Shown one piece after another: positions 12,403 to 20,804 of a stretch of DNA of 64,000 nt. The translations under genes were made by a program, and so were the position numbers. Every line of letters starts with the position of its first letter. The first letter of the stretch is position 1. The notes below the pieces were generated by a model that saw nothing but the letters and a program-made list of their open reading frames with translations, had not been told where the DNA came from and ran no database searches. Source of the stretch: an uncultured Gemmatimonadales bacterium (lineage in GTDB: Bacteria; Gemmatimonadota; Gemmatimonadetes; Gemmatimonadales; GWC2-71-9); NCBI GenBank assembly GCA_963821525.1, contig CAWGED010000019.1, positions 544,001-608,000 of the forward strand, written 5' to 3'.

Positions 12403-12622
12403 GGCGGAATGGCGGAATGGCGGAATGGCGGAATGGCGGAATGGCGGAATGGCGGAATGGCGGAATGGCGGAATGGCGGAATGGCGGAATGGCGGAATGG
12501 CGGAATGGCGGAATGGCGGAATGGCGGAATGGCGGAATGGCGGAATGGCGGAATGGCGGAATGGCGGAATGGCGGAATGGCGGAATGGCGGAATGGCGGA
12601 ATGGCGGAATGGCGGAATGGCG
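12403..12622 (+). repeat. Perfect octamer tandem repeat (GGCGGAAT)x27 plus 4 nt
   Basis: Counted directly. It starts 8 bp after the K2 stop, with a short inverted partner CCGCCATCCCGCC at about 12663-12675. Confidence 0.97.
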
Positions 12623-12717
12623 CCCCGAAGGTAAGCAGTCAGCGAAGCGATCTCCAGCCCGACCGCCATCCCGCCCCACTCGACTGACAAAGACCCACGA
12701 CTCACGACCACCGACCA

Positions 12718-12777
12718 TTGACTATCGACCAGCAGCTCTCGACCTCACTCTCCGACCGCTACCGCATCGAGCGGGAA
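12718..12777 (+). pseudogene. Orphan kinase 5' stub (MTIDQQLSTSLSDRYRIERE)
   Basis: TTGACTATCGACCAGCAGCTCTCGACCTCACTCTCCGACCGCTACCGCATCGAGCGGGAA, preceded by GACNNNN heptamers. Similarity to kinases ends abruptly. Confidence 0.85.
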
Positions 12778-12941
12778 CACCGCCAGCTCAGGCGTGAAGC
12801 AGCGGGAGGCAACTCCGCTGTCTGCCTGATCGAGTGCAGCAAGGCACAAGGCGGACGCAGCGCGTCTGCAAGGTGACGCACAGGATTCAACCCTGCTCTT
12901 CTGTCGCGCTGGACCCGGCGACGTCGAGTAGCGATAGCAAC

Positions 12942-12976
12942 AAATTCAGCGCCCGGCCCCTAAGGACCGGGCACTG
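12942..12976 (-). terminator. Probable intrinsic terminator for the minus-strand lipoprotein genes
   Basis: Stem CAGCGCCCGG / CCGGGCACTG followed on the minus strand by AATTTGTT, about 25 bp downstream of the stop at 13001. Confidence 0.5.
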
Positions 12977-13000
12977 ACACGACCCCGCCAGAGCGGAGGT

Positions 13001-13552
13001 TCACCGTACCACGACCTGTCCCTGAGGTGTCGGGAAGAGTGGAATGACGTCGTCGAAAGCAGGGGCGCCGTTACAATCCACGTCCAAACCAGGGTAGTTG
13101 ATGGTGAGGGAGATCTGGTCCGGAGGATCCCTCGTGGAGCGGCCGTTGTCCACGACTTTTGTGAGTGCCAACTGGCCGATCTGGTCGCTATTCCCCTGAG
13201 TAATCACGCCACTGACATATGCCCGGTTGCCAATCACGTTGAGACAGTTGACGGCAACATGAACGCCGCCGCCGCCGCCGTTTACGTGTGAGCCTCGATC
13301 CACCCATTGCCCCGTCACGCTGCCATCGGCCCATTGAATCGCGGTAAGAGAGAAATTCGCGTCGCATCCGGGCTTATCCCCGACCGCGGAACAGATATCG
13401 GGGGAACCGGCGGTTGCCTGGTGTACCACTTGACTGCCCACATTGGCCGGCGACGCCGGGCCGTCCGACTGTGCGGTTGGCGGAATCGCACTCTCGGAAC
13501 AGCCGAACACAACTGCCGTCGCGAGGATCATGAGAATCCGGTTGCTCAACAT
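13001..13552 (-). CDS. Hypothetical lipoprotein
   Basis: MLSNRILMILATAVVFGC signal/lipobox-like N-terminus with an AGGAGG RBS upstream of ATG 13552. Confidence 0.7.
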   Translation of the reverse strand: MLSNRILMILATAVVFGCSESAIPPTAQSDGPASPANVGSQVVHQATAGSPDICSAVGDKPGCDANFSLTAIQWADGSVTGQWVDRGSHVNGGGGGVHVAVNCLNVIGNRAYVSGVITQGNSDQIGQLALTKVVDNGRSTRDPPDQISLTINYPGLDVDCNGAPAFDDVIPLFPTPQGQVVVR

Positions 13553-13624
13553 TGAGTACCTCCTGGTAAAGGGGCAGTACATGGTAAAGGCAGCCAGAAG
13601 TAGGGGGAGTCGGCCACGCCGTAC

Positions 13625-14134
13625 TTAACCCCGGCACTTCACGGTGAAGCCCTCCACCGTGGTCTTTACCCCTTGAGAGGTGTAAACAATGACTTGGTCG
13701 AAGCTAAGGAGGAGGTTGGGCAGCCCACCCGGAGAGATGAGGTCGACGTGCTGAGTTGTCGTACTCGTGCCGTTCGGCGCCACCAGACTCGGCGTGTTGA
13801 AGTTGAAGTGGTTCTGGACGCGGACCAGCCACTTGGTCCCGGTGTTGAGCCCGGTACCCGTCGCGACGAGCACCTCCTGGACCGAGATGTGATCATCGAA
13901 GCCGGGTTCCGACACGATGTTGGTCGAGGTCTTGAGAGTGCCAACGAACGCGATGTCCTCACTAGTGCAGAAGGATACCTCTTCGGCCCCGCTCTCGATG
14001 GGTATCGTTTCGGTGACGTGCACGGCGGTCTTGGCGAGACTGGGTTGGTTGGCTGCCGGGCCTACCAAGCTGCCACTCTGCTCGCAGCCTGCTAGAAGGG
14101 CGGTCGCTATGAGCAAGGGACGAAAGGTTCGCAT
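13625..14134 (-). CDS. Hypothetical lipoprotein
   Basis: MRTFRPLLIATALLAGC has a canonical LAGC lipobox, with an AGGAG RBS upstream. Confidence 0.75.
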   Translation of the reverse strand: MRTFRPLLIATALLAGCEQSGSLVGPAANQPSLAKTAVHVTETIPIESGAEEVSFCTSEDIAFVGTLKTSTNIVSEPGFDDHISVQEVLVATGTGLNTGTKWLVRVQNHFNFNTPSLVAPNGTSTTTQHVDLISPGGLPNLLLSFDQVIVYTSQGVKTTVEGFTVKCRG

Positions 14135-14359
14135 GGGATGGCTCCTGACCGAGTCGAGGGAGTAGAGGTGGACGGGCTCATCACCACCTCACGTCGTGTT
14201 CCGGCTAGAGACCCTGAGTCCAGTGGGCGCGAATGTGCCCGGTCTGGTAGCGCGCCCCGACGCCAGGGTTACATTCCGCTGCAGGACCCGACCAGCGTAC
14301 CGCCCCGCGGTGACCCACGCGTGATCAAGGCGTGACCCGGCCGTCCACCCCTCTCTCCG

Positions 14360-15157
14360 ATGCCCGGGACCGACACCCGGCTGATGTTGCGCACCCTGGG
14401 CGCGGTCGGCGTTGACGGCCACCGCGACGCGGGAGTAGTGCCGATCTCCATCCAGCCGAAACGGCTGGCCCTGCTGGTCTACCTCGTCCTTCATTCACCA
14501 CAGTTCTGTCGCCGGGATACCCTCGTCGCCCTGTTCTGGCCCGAGCTCGACCACGCGCACGCGCGTGGCGCGCTCCGACAGGCGGTGCGCGGGTTGAGGC
14601 GGCTCTTGGGAGAGGAGGCGGTAGTCACCCACGGCGAGGAGGAAGTAGGTGTCTCATCGGATCGGCTCTGGTGTGACGCCGCGGCGTTTGAGGCCGAGGC
14701 GTTGGCCGGTCGATCGCCAGCGGCGCTCGAGCTGTATCGGGGCGATTTCCTGGCGGGGTTCTTCGTGGACGATGCGGCGGCAGAACTCGAGTTCTGGGTG
14801 GATCAGACCCGCGCTCGACTCAAGAACCAGGCCCATGAGGCAGCCAGGCGGCTACTCGATGCCGCCGAGCAGAGCGGCGACCACCCGGGGGCCGTGTCAT
14901 GGGCCCGTCGAACGATGGAGCTGATGCCCGACGACGAGCGGGGAGTGCGTCACCTGATCCGGTTGCTCGATGCCCGGGGAGACCGCGCCGGTGCGTTAGG
15001 CGCGTACGAGGCCTTCCGAAAGCATCTGATCGCTGAACACGGGGTAGAGCCGTCGCCCGAGACGCTGGCGCTGATTGATCAGGTGCGCTCTCGGAAACAG
15101 CTGGTCTGGGAGTCACCGCTCAGGGGCTGGCCTCCGACAACCCCGTCCACGGACTGA
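14360..15157 (+). CDS. SARP-family transcriptional activator (wHTH + BTAD)
   Basis: LRTLG...PKRLALLVYL...RDTLVALFWPE...ARGALRQAV..LRR.LG, CDAAAFE, ALELYRGDFLAG and EPSPET are typical DnrI/AfsR-like wHTH-BTAD signatures. Confidence 0.88.
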   Translation: MPGTDTRLMLRTLGAVGVDGHRDAGVVPISIQPKRLALLVYLVLHSPQFCRRDTLVALFWPELDHAHARGALRQAVRGLRRLLGEEAVVTHGEEEVGVSSDRLWCDAAAFEAEALAGRSPAALELYRGDFLAGFFVDDAAAELEFWVDQTRARLKNQAHEAARRLLDAAEQSGDHPGAVSWARRTMELMPDDERGVRHLIRLLDARGDRAGALGAYEAFRKHLIAEHGVEPSPETLALIDQVRSRKQLVWESPLRGWPPTTPSTD

Positions 15158-15164
15158 CAGTCCG

Positions 15165-17795
15165 GTGACCGATCCGACCGAGCGCCTGCGCGCCGCATTG
15201 GCCGACCGCTATCCCATCGACCGGGAGCTCGGCCGGGGCAGGATGGCAAGGGTGTACCTGGCCCGCGACCTCCGGCACGGGCGCCAAGTGGCACTCAAGG
15301 TTTTGCACCCCGCCCTTGCGGTGGGCGTGGGCACCGAACGTTTCCTGCGTGAGGTCCGCATCGCCGCCGCCTTGCAGCATCCCCATATCCTGCCGGTCCA
15401 TGACTCCGGCGAGGCGGTCGGGCAGCTCTACTATGTCATGCCCTACGTAGAAGGCGAGACGCTGCGGGCGCGGTTGGACCGAGACGGCCCGTTGCCAGTC
15501 GATGAATCGGTGCGACTCGCGCGGGAGGTGCTGGACGCGCTGGGCTACGCGCATCGGCACAACGTGATCCACCGCGATATCAAGCCGGAGAACATTCTGC
15601 TCTCGGACGGCCATGCCCTGGTGGCTGATTTCGGGATCGCCAAGGCGCTGGTGACTGCGGGGGATAAGCACCTGACGGAGACCGGCTGGAGCATGGGCAC
15701 CCCGCCCTACATGAGCCCGGAGCAGATTGGCGCTGGGCCAGTGGATGGCCGGAGCGATCTATACGGGCTGGGCTGCGTGCTGCAAGAGATGCTCACCGGT
15801 GCGACACCCTTCACCGGTGCGACCCCACAAGAATTGTTCGCCAAGCATGTGCGGGACCGGCCACCACCCCTGCGCACCCTGCGGCCCGAGGCGCCGCTCG
15901 CGGTTGAGCAGGCGATCGAGGCCGCCCTGGCCAAGGCGCCGGCGCAGCGCTTTGCCACCGCAGCGGAGTTCGCTACCGCACTGGGAACTTCGTCGGGCGC
16001 TCCGCATGGCGCCAAGCCGCATCCTGAGCGCACCGTACTTCCTCCGGCAGGCCCGATGCTCGTGGTCGGGGCCCTGATTGCCCTCGTCGCCATCGGGGTT
16101 GTGGTCATGCGGCGAGGCTCGTCGCCAAGCCTGTCGCTAAGCAAGCGCACCGCCGTCACCCTGGAGCCAGGGCTCGAAATGACCCCGGCGATTTCTCCGG
16201 ATGGCAAAATGGTCGCGTACAGCCGCCTGACGCCTACCGGCAGTGCAGTGCTGGTGCAGCAGTTGGCTGGCGGCGCACCGGTCACCGTGGCCCATCTGCC
16301 TCCCCTCCAAGAGGGAATGCCTGCCTGGTCTCCGGACGGCGACCGGCTGCTTTATCTCTCGCCTCGCGGCCTCGAAGTGGTTCCCGCACTGGGTGGCGTC
16401 ACGAGGCTCATGGTCCCGCTGAGGGCGACCCGATTCGTCTCCCGGGTCCTGGGCTGGGGGTCCTGGGCTCCCGACGGGCAGCGCATCGCCTACGGCATCG
16501 GAGATACTCTCTTCACCCGTGCATTCGCCGACTCGGCACCGCGCCCGCTCGTCACGGGCGGCCAGCCGAACTCGCCGGCCTGGTCTCCTTCCGGGGAATG
16601 GATCGCCTACGTCGCAGGCAACATCGAGTATGTGCCGTACGCCAACCTGGCGCCCAGTAGCATCTGGGTGATTCGGTCCTCGGGAGGGCCTCCGGTGCGG
16701 ATCACCGGGGACCAGTCACTCCATGCCAGTCCGGTCTGGTTACCCGGAGGCCGTGATCTGCTTTTCGTTTCCAATGAGGAGGGTGGCCGTGACATCTACC
16801 GGGTGCGGCTGGCCCGCTCGGGTGCGCCCGAGGGTCCGCCCGTCCGGCTTACCACCGGCCTCAACCCGCACACCATCGCGCTTTCGAGTAACGGGCACCG
16901 GCTGCTGTACTCGCTCCACGTCGAGACCTCCAATGTCTTCGCGTTGACCATCCAACCGGGTCGATCGGTCTCCCTGGAGGAGGCCCGGCCAGTTACCAGC
17001 GGGACCCAAATCATCGAAGGATTCTCGGTCTCGCCCGACGGACGGTGGTTGGCCTTCGACTCCAATCGCCTGGGGAATCAGGACATCTGGCGGATGCCGC
17101 TCGACGGCAGTGCGCCGCCGGAACAACTTACCTCGACACCGGTGGACGAGTTCCAGCCGGCGTACTCTGCGGATGGGATGTTCCTCGCCTTTCATCAGAC
17201 CCGGAGCGGTTCCGTTCGCGGACTCTTCGTCATGCCGGCCTCCGGCGGAACCCCGGAGCCGGTCCGAACCACGACCAGCAACAACATTTCTCCGCTTTGG
17301 TCGCCGGATGGACAGGCGCTGGCCTACAATGACAACGACTCCGTGGTGACTGCCATCGTGCGTCGGAGACCGAATGCGCGATCCTGGCAGGAGACCAGCA
17401 CCAGGCTGTTTTCTGCCGGCAGTCAAGGCGCGGTATGGTCTCCAGACGGAAGGTGGATCACCTACGCGTCGAACGACAGCATCGCTGTCGCTGCCGCCGA
17501 CGGTGGAACACCGCCGAGGGTCAGGGCACTGCCGGCGGGCTTCTCCAACTTCGCCTATATCCGATGGGGCACCGACAGCCGCACGATCTACTTTTCTGGC
17601 CTCATGCCGGACGCGCGGTTTCTGGTCTACGCCGTGTCCCCCACCGGCGGCCCGCTTCGCGAGGTGGCACACTCTGACGGACCCTCCTTCCAGACCTATC
17701 GGTTCAGCATGGATGTTCAGGGCAACATTCTGTACCTCTCGCTTGCGGACCGGCAGAGCGACATCTGGATGGCCGAGGTTGAGTCCAGACCGTGA
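15165..17795 (+). CDS. Ser/Thr kinase K3: kinase + TM + PD40 beta-propeller
   Basis: GTG start 7 bp after the BTAD stop. Has [15 protein letters not shown], a TM and SPDG repeats. The Gly-loop variant is GRGRMA. Confidence 0.93.
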   Translation: MTDPTERLRAALADRYPIDRELGRGRMARVYLARDLRHGRQVALKVLHPALAVGVGTERFLREVRIAAALQHPHILPVHDSGEAVGQLYYVMPYVEGETLRARLDRDGPLPVDESVRLAREVLDALGYAHRHNVIHRDIKPENILLSDGHALVADFGIAKALVTAGDKHLTETGWSMGTPPYMSPEQIGAGPVDGRSDLYGLGCVLQEMLTGATPFTGATPQELFAKHVRDRPPPLRTLRPEAPLAVEQAIEAALAKAPAQRFATAAEFATALGTSSGAPHGAKPHPERTVLPPAGPMLVVGALIALVAIGVVVMRRGSSPSLSLSKRTAVTLEPGLEMTPAISPDGKMVAYSRLTPTGSAVLVQQLAGGAPVTVAHLPPLQEGMPAWSPDGDRLLYLSPRGLEVVPALGGVTRLMVPLRATRFVSRVLGWGSWAPDGQRIAYGIGDTLFTRAFADSAPRPLVTGGQPNSPAWSPSGEWIAYVAGNIEYVPYANLAPSSIWVIRSSGGPPVRITGDQSLHASPVWLPGGRDLLFVSNEEGGRDIYRVRLARSGAPEGPPVRLTTGLNPHTIALSSNGHRLLYSLHVETSNVFALTIQPGRSVSLEEARPVTSGTQIIEGFSVSPDGRWLAFDSNRLGNQDIWRMPLDGSAPPEQLTSTPVDEFQPAYSADGMFLAFHQTRSGSVRGLFVMPASGGTPEPVRTTTSNNISPLWSPDGQALAYNDNDSVVTAIVRRRPNARSWQETSTRLFSAGSQGAVWSPDGRWITYASNDSIAVAAADGGTPPRVRALPAGFSNFAYIRWGTDSRTIYFSGLMPDARFLVYAVSPTGGPLREVAHSDGPSFQTYRFSMDVQGNILYLSLADRQSDIWMAEVESRP

Positions 17796-20716
17796 GTTCG
17801 CCCCTCGACAGGCTGGGAGCCGCCCTCGCCGACCGATACCGGATCGAGCGGGAGCTGGGTCAGGGTGGCATGGCGACGGTTTACCTCGCCGAGGACCTGA
17901 AGCACCATCGCCGAGTGGCGATCAAGGTGCTGCGACCGGAGCTGGCCTCCGCCCTCGGCCCCGAGCGGTTCCTCCGGGAAATCGAGATCTCCGCCGGGCT
18001 GCATCATCCCCACATTCTGCCGCTATTCGACAGCGGTGCGATCCCCGACGCCATGGCGGGGCAGGCTGCCCTTCTGTATTACATCATGCCCTATGTCGAG
18101 GGAGAATCATTGCGGGACCGGTTGAACCGGGAACACCAGCTGCCCATCGACGATGCTGTACACATTGCGAGCGAGGTGGCCGATGCGCTGGCCCATGCGC
18201 ACGAGCGCGACCTCATTCACCGCGATATTAAGCCGGGAAACATCCTGCTGGAGGGCGGCCACGCGCTGGTGGCCGACTTCGGCATCGCGCGCGCGGTGGG
18301 TAGCGCGACGACCACGCGCCTGACCGAAACCGGGCTCGCCATCGGCACGCCCGCCTATATGTCCCCCGAGCAGGCCCTGGGCGAGGCGGGGGTCGACGCG
18401 CGGAGCGACGTCTACGCGCTCGGCTGCGTGCTCTACGAGATGCTGGCGGGCGAGCCGCCGTACACCGGAGCCACCGCGCAGGCGATCGTGGCCCGCCGGC
18501 TCAGCGAGCCGGTCCGGTCTCTGCGCGTCGTCCGGGAAACAGTGCCCGATCAGTTGGAGCGGGCAGTTATGCGGGCGCTGGCACGGGTGCCGGCCGACCG
18601 CTTCCCCTCGGCCACGGCCTTCCGCGAAGCTCTCGTCGTCGGCCGGGGGGCCACCGATCGCTCCGACGGGACGGAGGCGCAGCCGAGTCGGTCGACCAGC
18701 CGACGTCGGACCGTGCTTGGCATAGTCGCCGTGGCGGCGGTGGTGGGAGTCGCCATCGCGTTACCACGGAGGACGCGCGAGCGCGGTGGGGTTCAGCCCG
18801 TCGCTTCGGCCGCGGTGCCAGGCGTCGCCGTCCTGCCGTTCCGAACCGTGGGCGCGGATCCGGAGCTGTGGCACGAGGGGATCGTAGACCTGCTCTCCTA
18901 CAACCTCGACGGGATAGGGCAGCTGCGGAAGATCGATCCGGTGACCGTCCTCACCGGCTGGCGGCGGATGGGCGGGAGCGCTTCCAACCCGCTGAGTGCG
19001 GATGAGGCGCGGGAGGTGGGACGCCGGCTGGGCAGCCGCTACGTCGTCACCGGGAAAGCGGTGCAGATCGGAGCCGACGTCCAGCTCATCGCCGAGGTGC
19101 ATGACGTCGCGAGCGGCGAGATCCGAGGCGCCGTGCGGGTGACGCGGCCAGCCGACAGCGCGTCGTCGCTCGTGGACGAGCTGACGCTGGAGCTCCTGCG
19201 TCGCAATCTCCTGCCGACTGTCGGAGAGTACCCCCCGCCCAGCCTGAGCCGGGTAACGACGACGTCGCTCCCCGCGCTCAAGGAGTATCTGGCCGGCGAG
19301 CGAGAATACCGAACCGCGCACTGGACCGAGGCGGTTCCGCATTATCACCGCGCCATCGAGGTGGACTCGAATTTCGCCTCTGCGTGGTTTCGCCTGAGCA
19401 ACGCGTGCAGCTGGGGAGGGTGCGCAGACAAGCTCGCGGAAGACTATGGCAGACGAGCCCTGGAACTCGTGGATCAGCTCCCGGACCGTGACGCGAAGCT
19501 GATCCGGGCGATCTCGACGTTCGACGTCGCGGCGCTGGAGGCGTTGACTGCCACATACCCGGACGATGTCGAGGCGTGGGTCGCTCTAGGGGAGAGCTAC
19601 TTCCATCACGGCGGCGTCACCCTGCGTTCGACCGAAGCGTACCGGGGCGCGTTCACGCGGGCGGTGCGGCTCAGTCCCTACTACGGCGAGGCTTACATCC
19701 ACCTGATCGAGGACGCGTTTCTGCGCCTCGACAGTCTCGATGCCCAGCGCCTCATCGATGGCTACGTCGCCCTCGGCGGCAACCGCGCCTGCAGTCCCCA
19801 GGTGAGCCGTGACCTGGTCTGGGGCACCCCTGCCGCGCGCAAGCGGGCCATGGTCGTGCTCGACACTGTGGCGTTGATCGAGTGCGTGCAGGCACCATTG
19901 GCCGCGCCGCCGCAGGCCCTTGATCGCATGGCGCAGATCTACGCCGCAGGGGTGGACACATCCACCCAGGCAGACGTTCGAACGATTGCGCTCTGGCGCT
20001 TGCTCCAGGTCCGCGTCCCGAACGGCCAGATCACGGTGGCCCGACAGGCGCTGGCCCGGGTGGCCGGCGTACCGGTGACCGGCGATCGTGGCGCGCGATG
20101 GGAGATCATGCTGCACCTCTCGGGGTTCCCCGACTCGGCCACGGCTCGGCGTGCCGCGCGAGTGATCGCTACCGAGGGAGAGCCGACGGACCGCTTCTGG
20201 ATCGGTGCGCTCGCTATCGACGAAGGCCGCTGGACCGATGTCGAGGCGGTGCGGCGAGTGCTCGAGCGACCGGCGCAGGGTGTCGATTCTGAGGCTTCAC
20301 CGACGGACACCAGCGGCCCCGCATACGGAGCGGCTTTGGGGGCCTACGCTGGGCTGGTTAGAGGCGATCGCGGTCGGCTGGCGGAATTCGAAGCGGCGCT
20401 GGCCCGGCTACCCACAGCCGACTGGGAAAGTGAGCAGCCCCAACAGTATCTCCGCTATCGGGTCGGGAAGCTGTTGTACGACGCCGGCCAGACCCGCGAC
20501 GCCGAGCGGTATTTCCGGACGTTCCAGCAATACGACTTCTTCTACACTACCACGGCCGAGCTGTACCTCGGTCGGATCGCCGAAGCGCAGGGACGTCCGG
20601 AGGAAGCGGCAACGCACTACGGCAGGTTCGTTCGCTGGTCGCGATCTGCCGACGAGCCGCTCCGCCCGCTGTGGGAAGAGGCTCGCCAGGCGCTGAGGCG
20701 GCTCGCCGGGGAGTAG
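17792..20716 (+). CDS. Ser/Thr kinase K4: kinase + TM + TolB_N-like + TPR-like helical region
   Basis: Kinase motifs, a TM, VAVLPF domain, 'TTTSLPALKEYLAGE' and a helical C-terminus. GTGA overlap with the K3 stop. Confidence 0.92.
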   Translation: MSSPLDRLGAALADRYRIERELGQGGMATVYLAEDLKHHRRVAIKVLRPELASALGPERFLREIEISAGLHHPHILPLFDSGAIPDAMAGQAALLYYIMPYVEGESLRDRLNREHQLPIDDAVHIASEVADALAHAHERDLIHRDIKPGNILLEGGHALVADFGIARAVGSATTTRLTETGLAIGTPAYMSPEQALGEAGVDARSDVYALGCVLYEMLAGEPPYTGATAQAIVARRLSEPVRSLRVVRETVPDQLERAVMRALARVPADRFPSATAFREALVVGRGATDRSDGTEAQPSRSTSRRRTVLGIVAVAAVVGVAIALPRRTRERGGVQPVASAAVPGVAVLPFRTVGADPELWHEGIVDLLSYNLDGIGQLRKIDPVTVLTGWRRMGGSASNPLSADEAREVGRRLGSRYVVTGKAVQIGADVQLIAEVHDVASGEIRGAVRVTRPADSASSLVDELTLELLRRNLLPTVGEYPPPSLSRVTTTSLPALKEYLAGEREYRTAHWTEAVPHYHRAIEVDSNFASAWFRLSNACSWGGCADKLAEDYGRRALELVDQLPDRDAKLIRAISTFDVAALEALTATYPDDVEAWVALGESYFHHGGVTLRSTEAYRGAFTRAVRLSPYYGEAYIHLIEDAFLRLDSLDAQRLIDGYVALGGNRACSPQVSRDLVWGTPAARKRAMVVLDTVALIECVQAPLAAPPQALDRMAQIYAAGVDTSTQADVRTIALWRLLQVRVPNGQITVARQALARVAGVPVTGDRGARWEIMLHLSGFPDSATARRAARVIATEGEPTDRFWIGALAIDEGRWTDVEAVRRVLERPAQGVDSEASPTDTSGPAYGAALGAYAGLVRGDRGRLAEFEAALARLPTADWESEQPQQYLRYRVGKLLYDAGQTRDAERYFRTFQQYDFFYTTTAELYLGRIAEAQGRPEEAATHYGRFVRWSRSADEPLRPLWEEARQALRRLAGE

Positions 20717-20804
20717 GGGCCCGTCGTTATGCCCGCGAACGGTGGCCTGGTCGCGCCCGCCGGGCGAGCGGTTTCTGCACTGGGGAGGAGAATCGGATCG
20801 AGCG

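Noticed and set aside
12226..12797. ORFs with (MAEWRNGG)n or (HSAIPPFR)n repeats
   Set aside because: These are translations of the non-coding GGCGGAAT octamer array, which is open in every frame.
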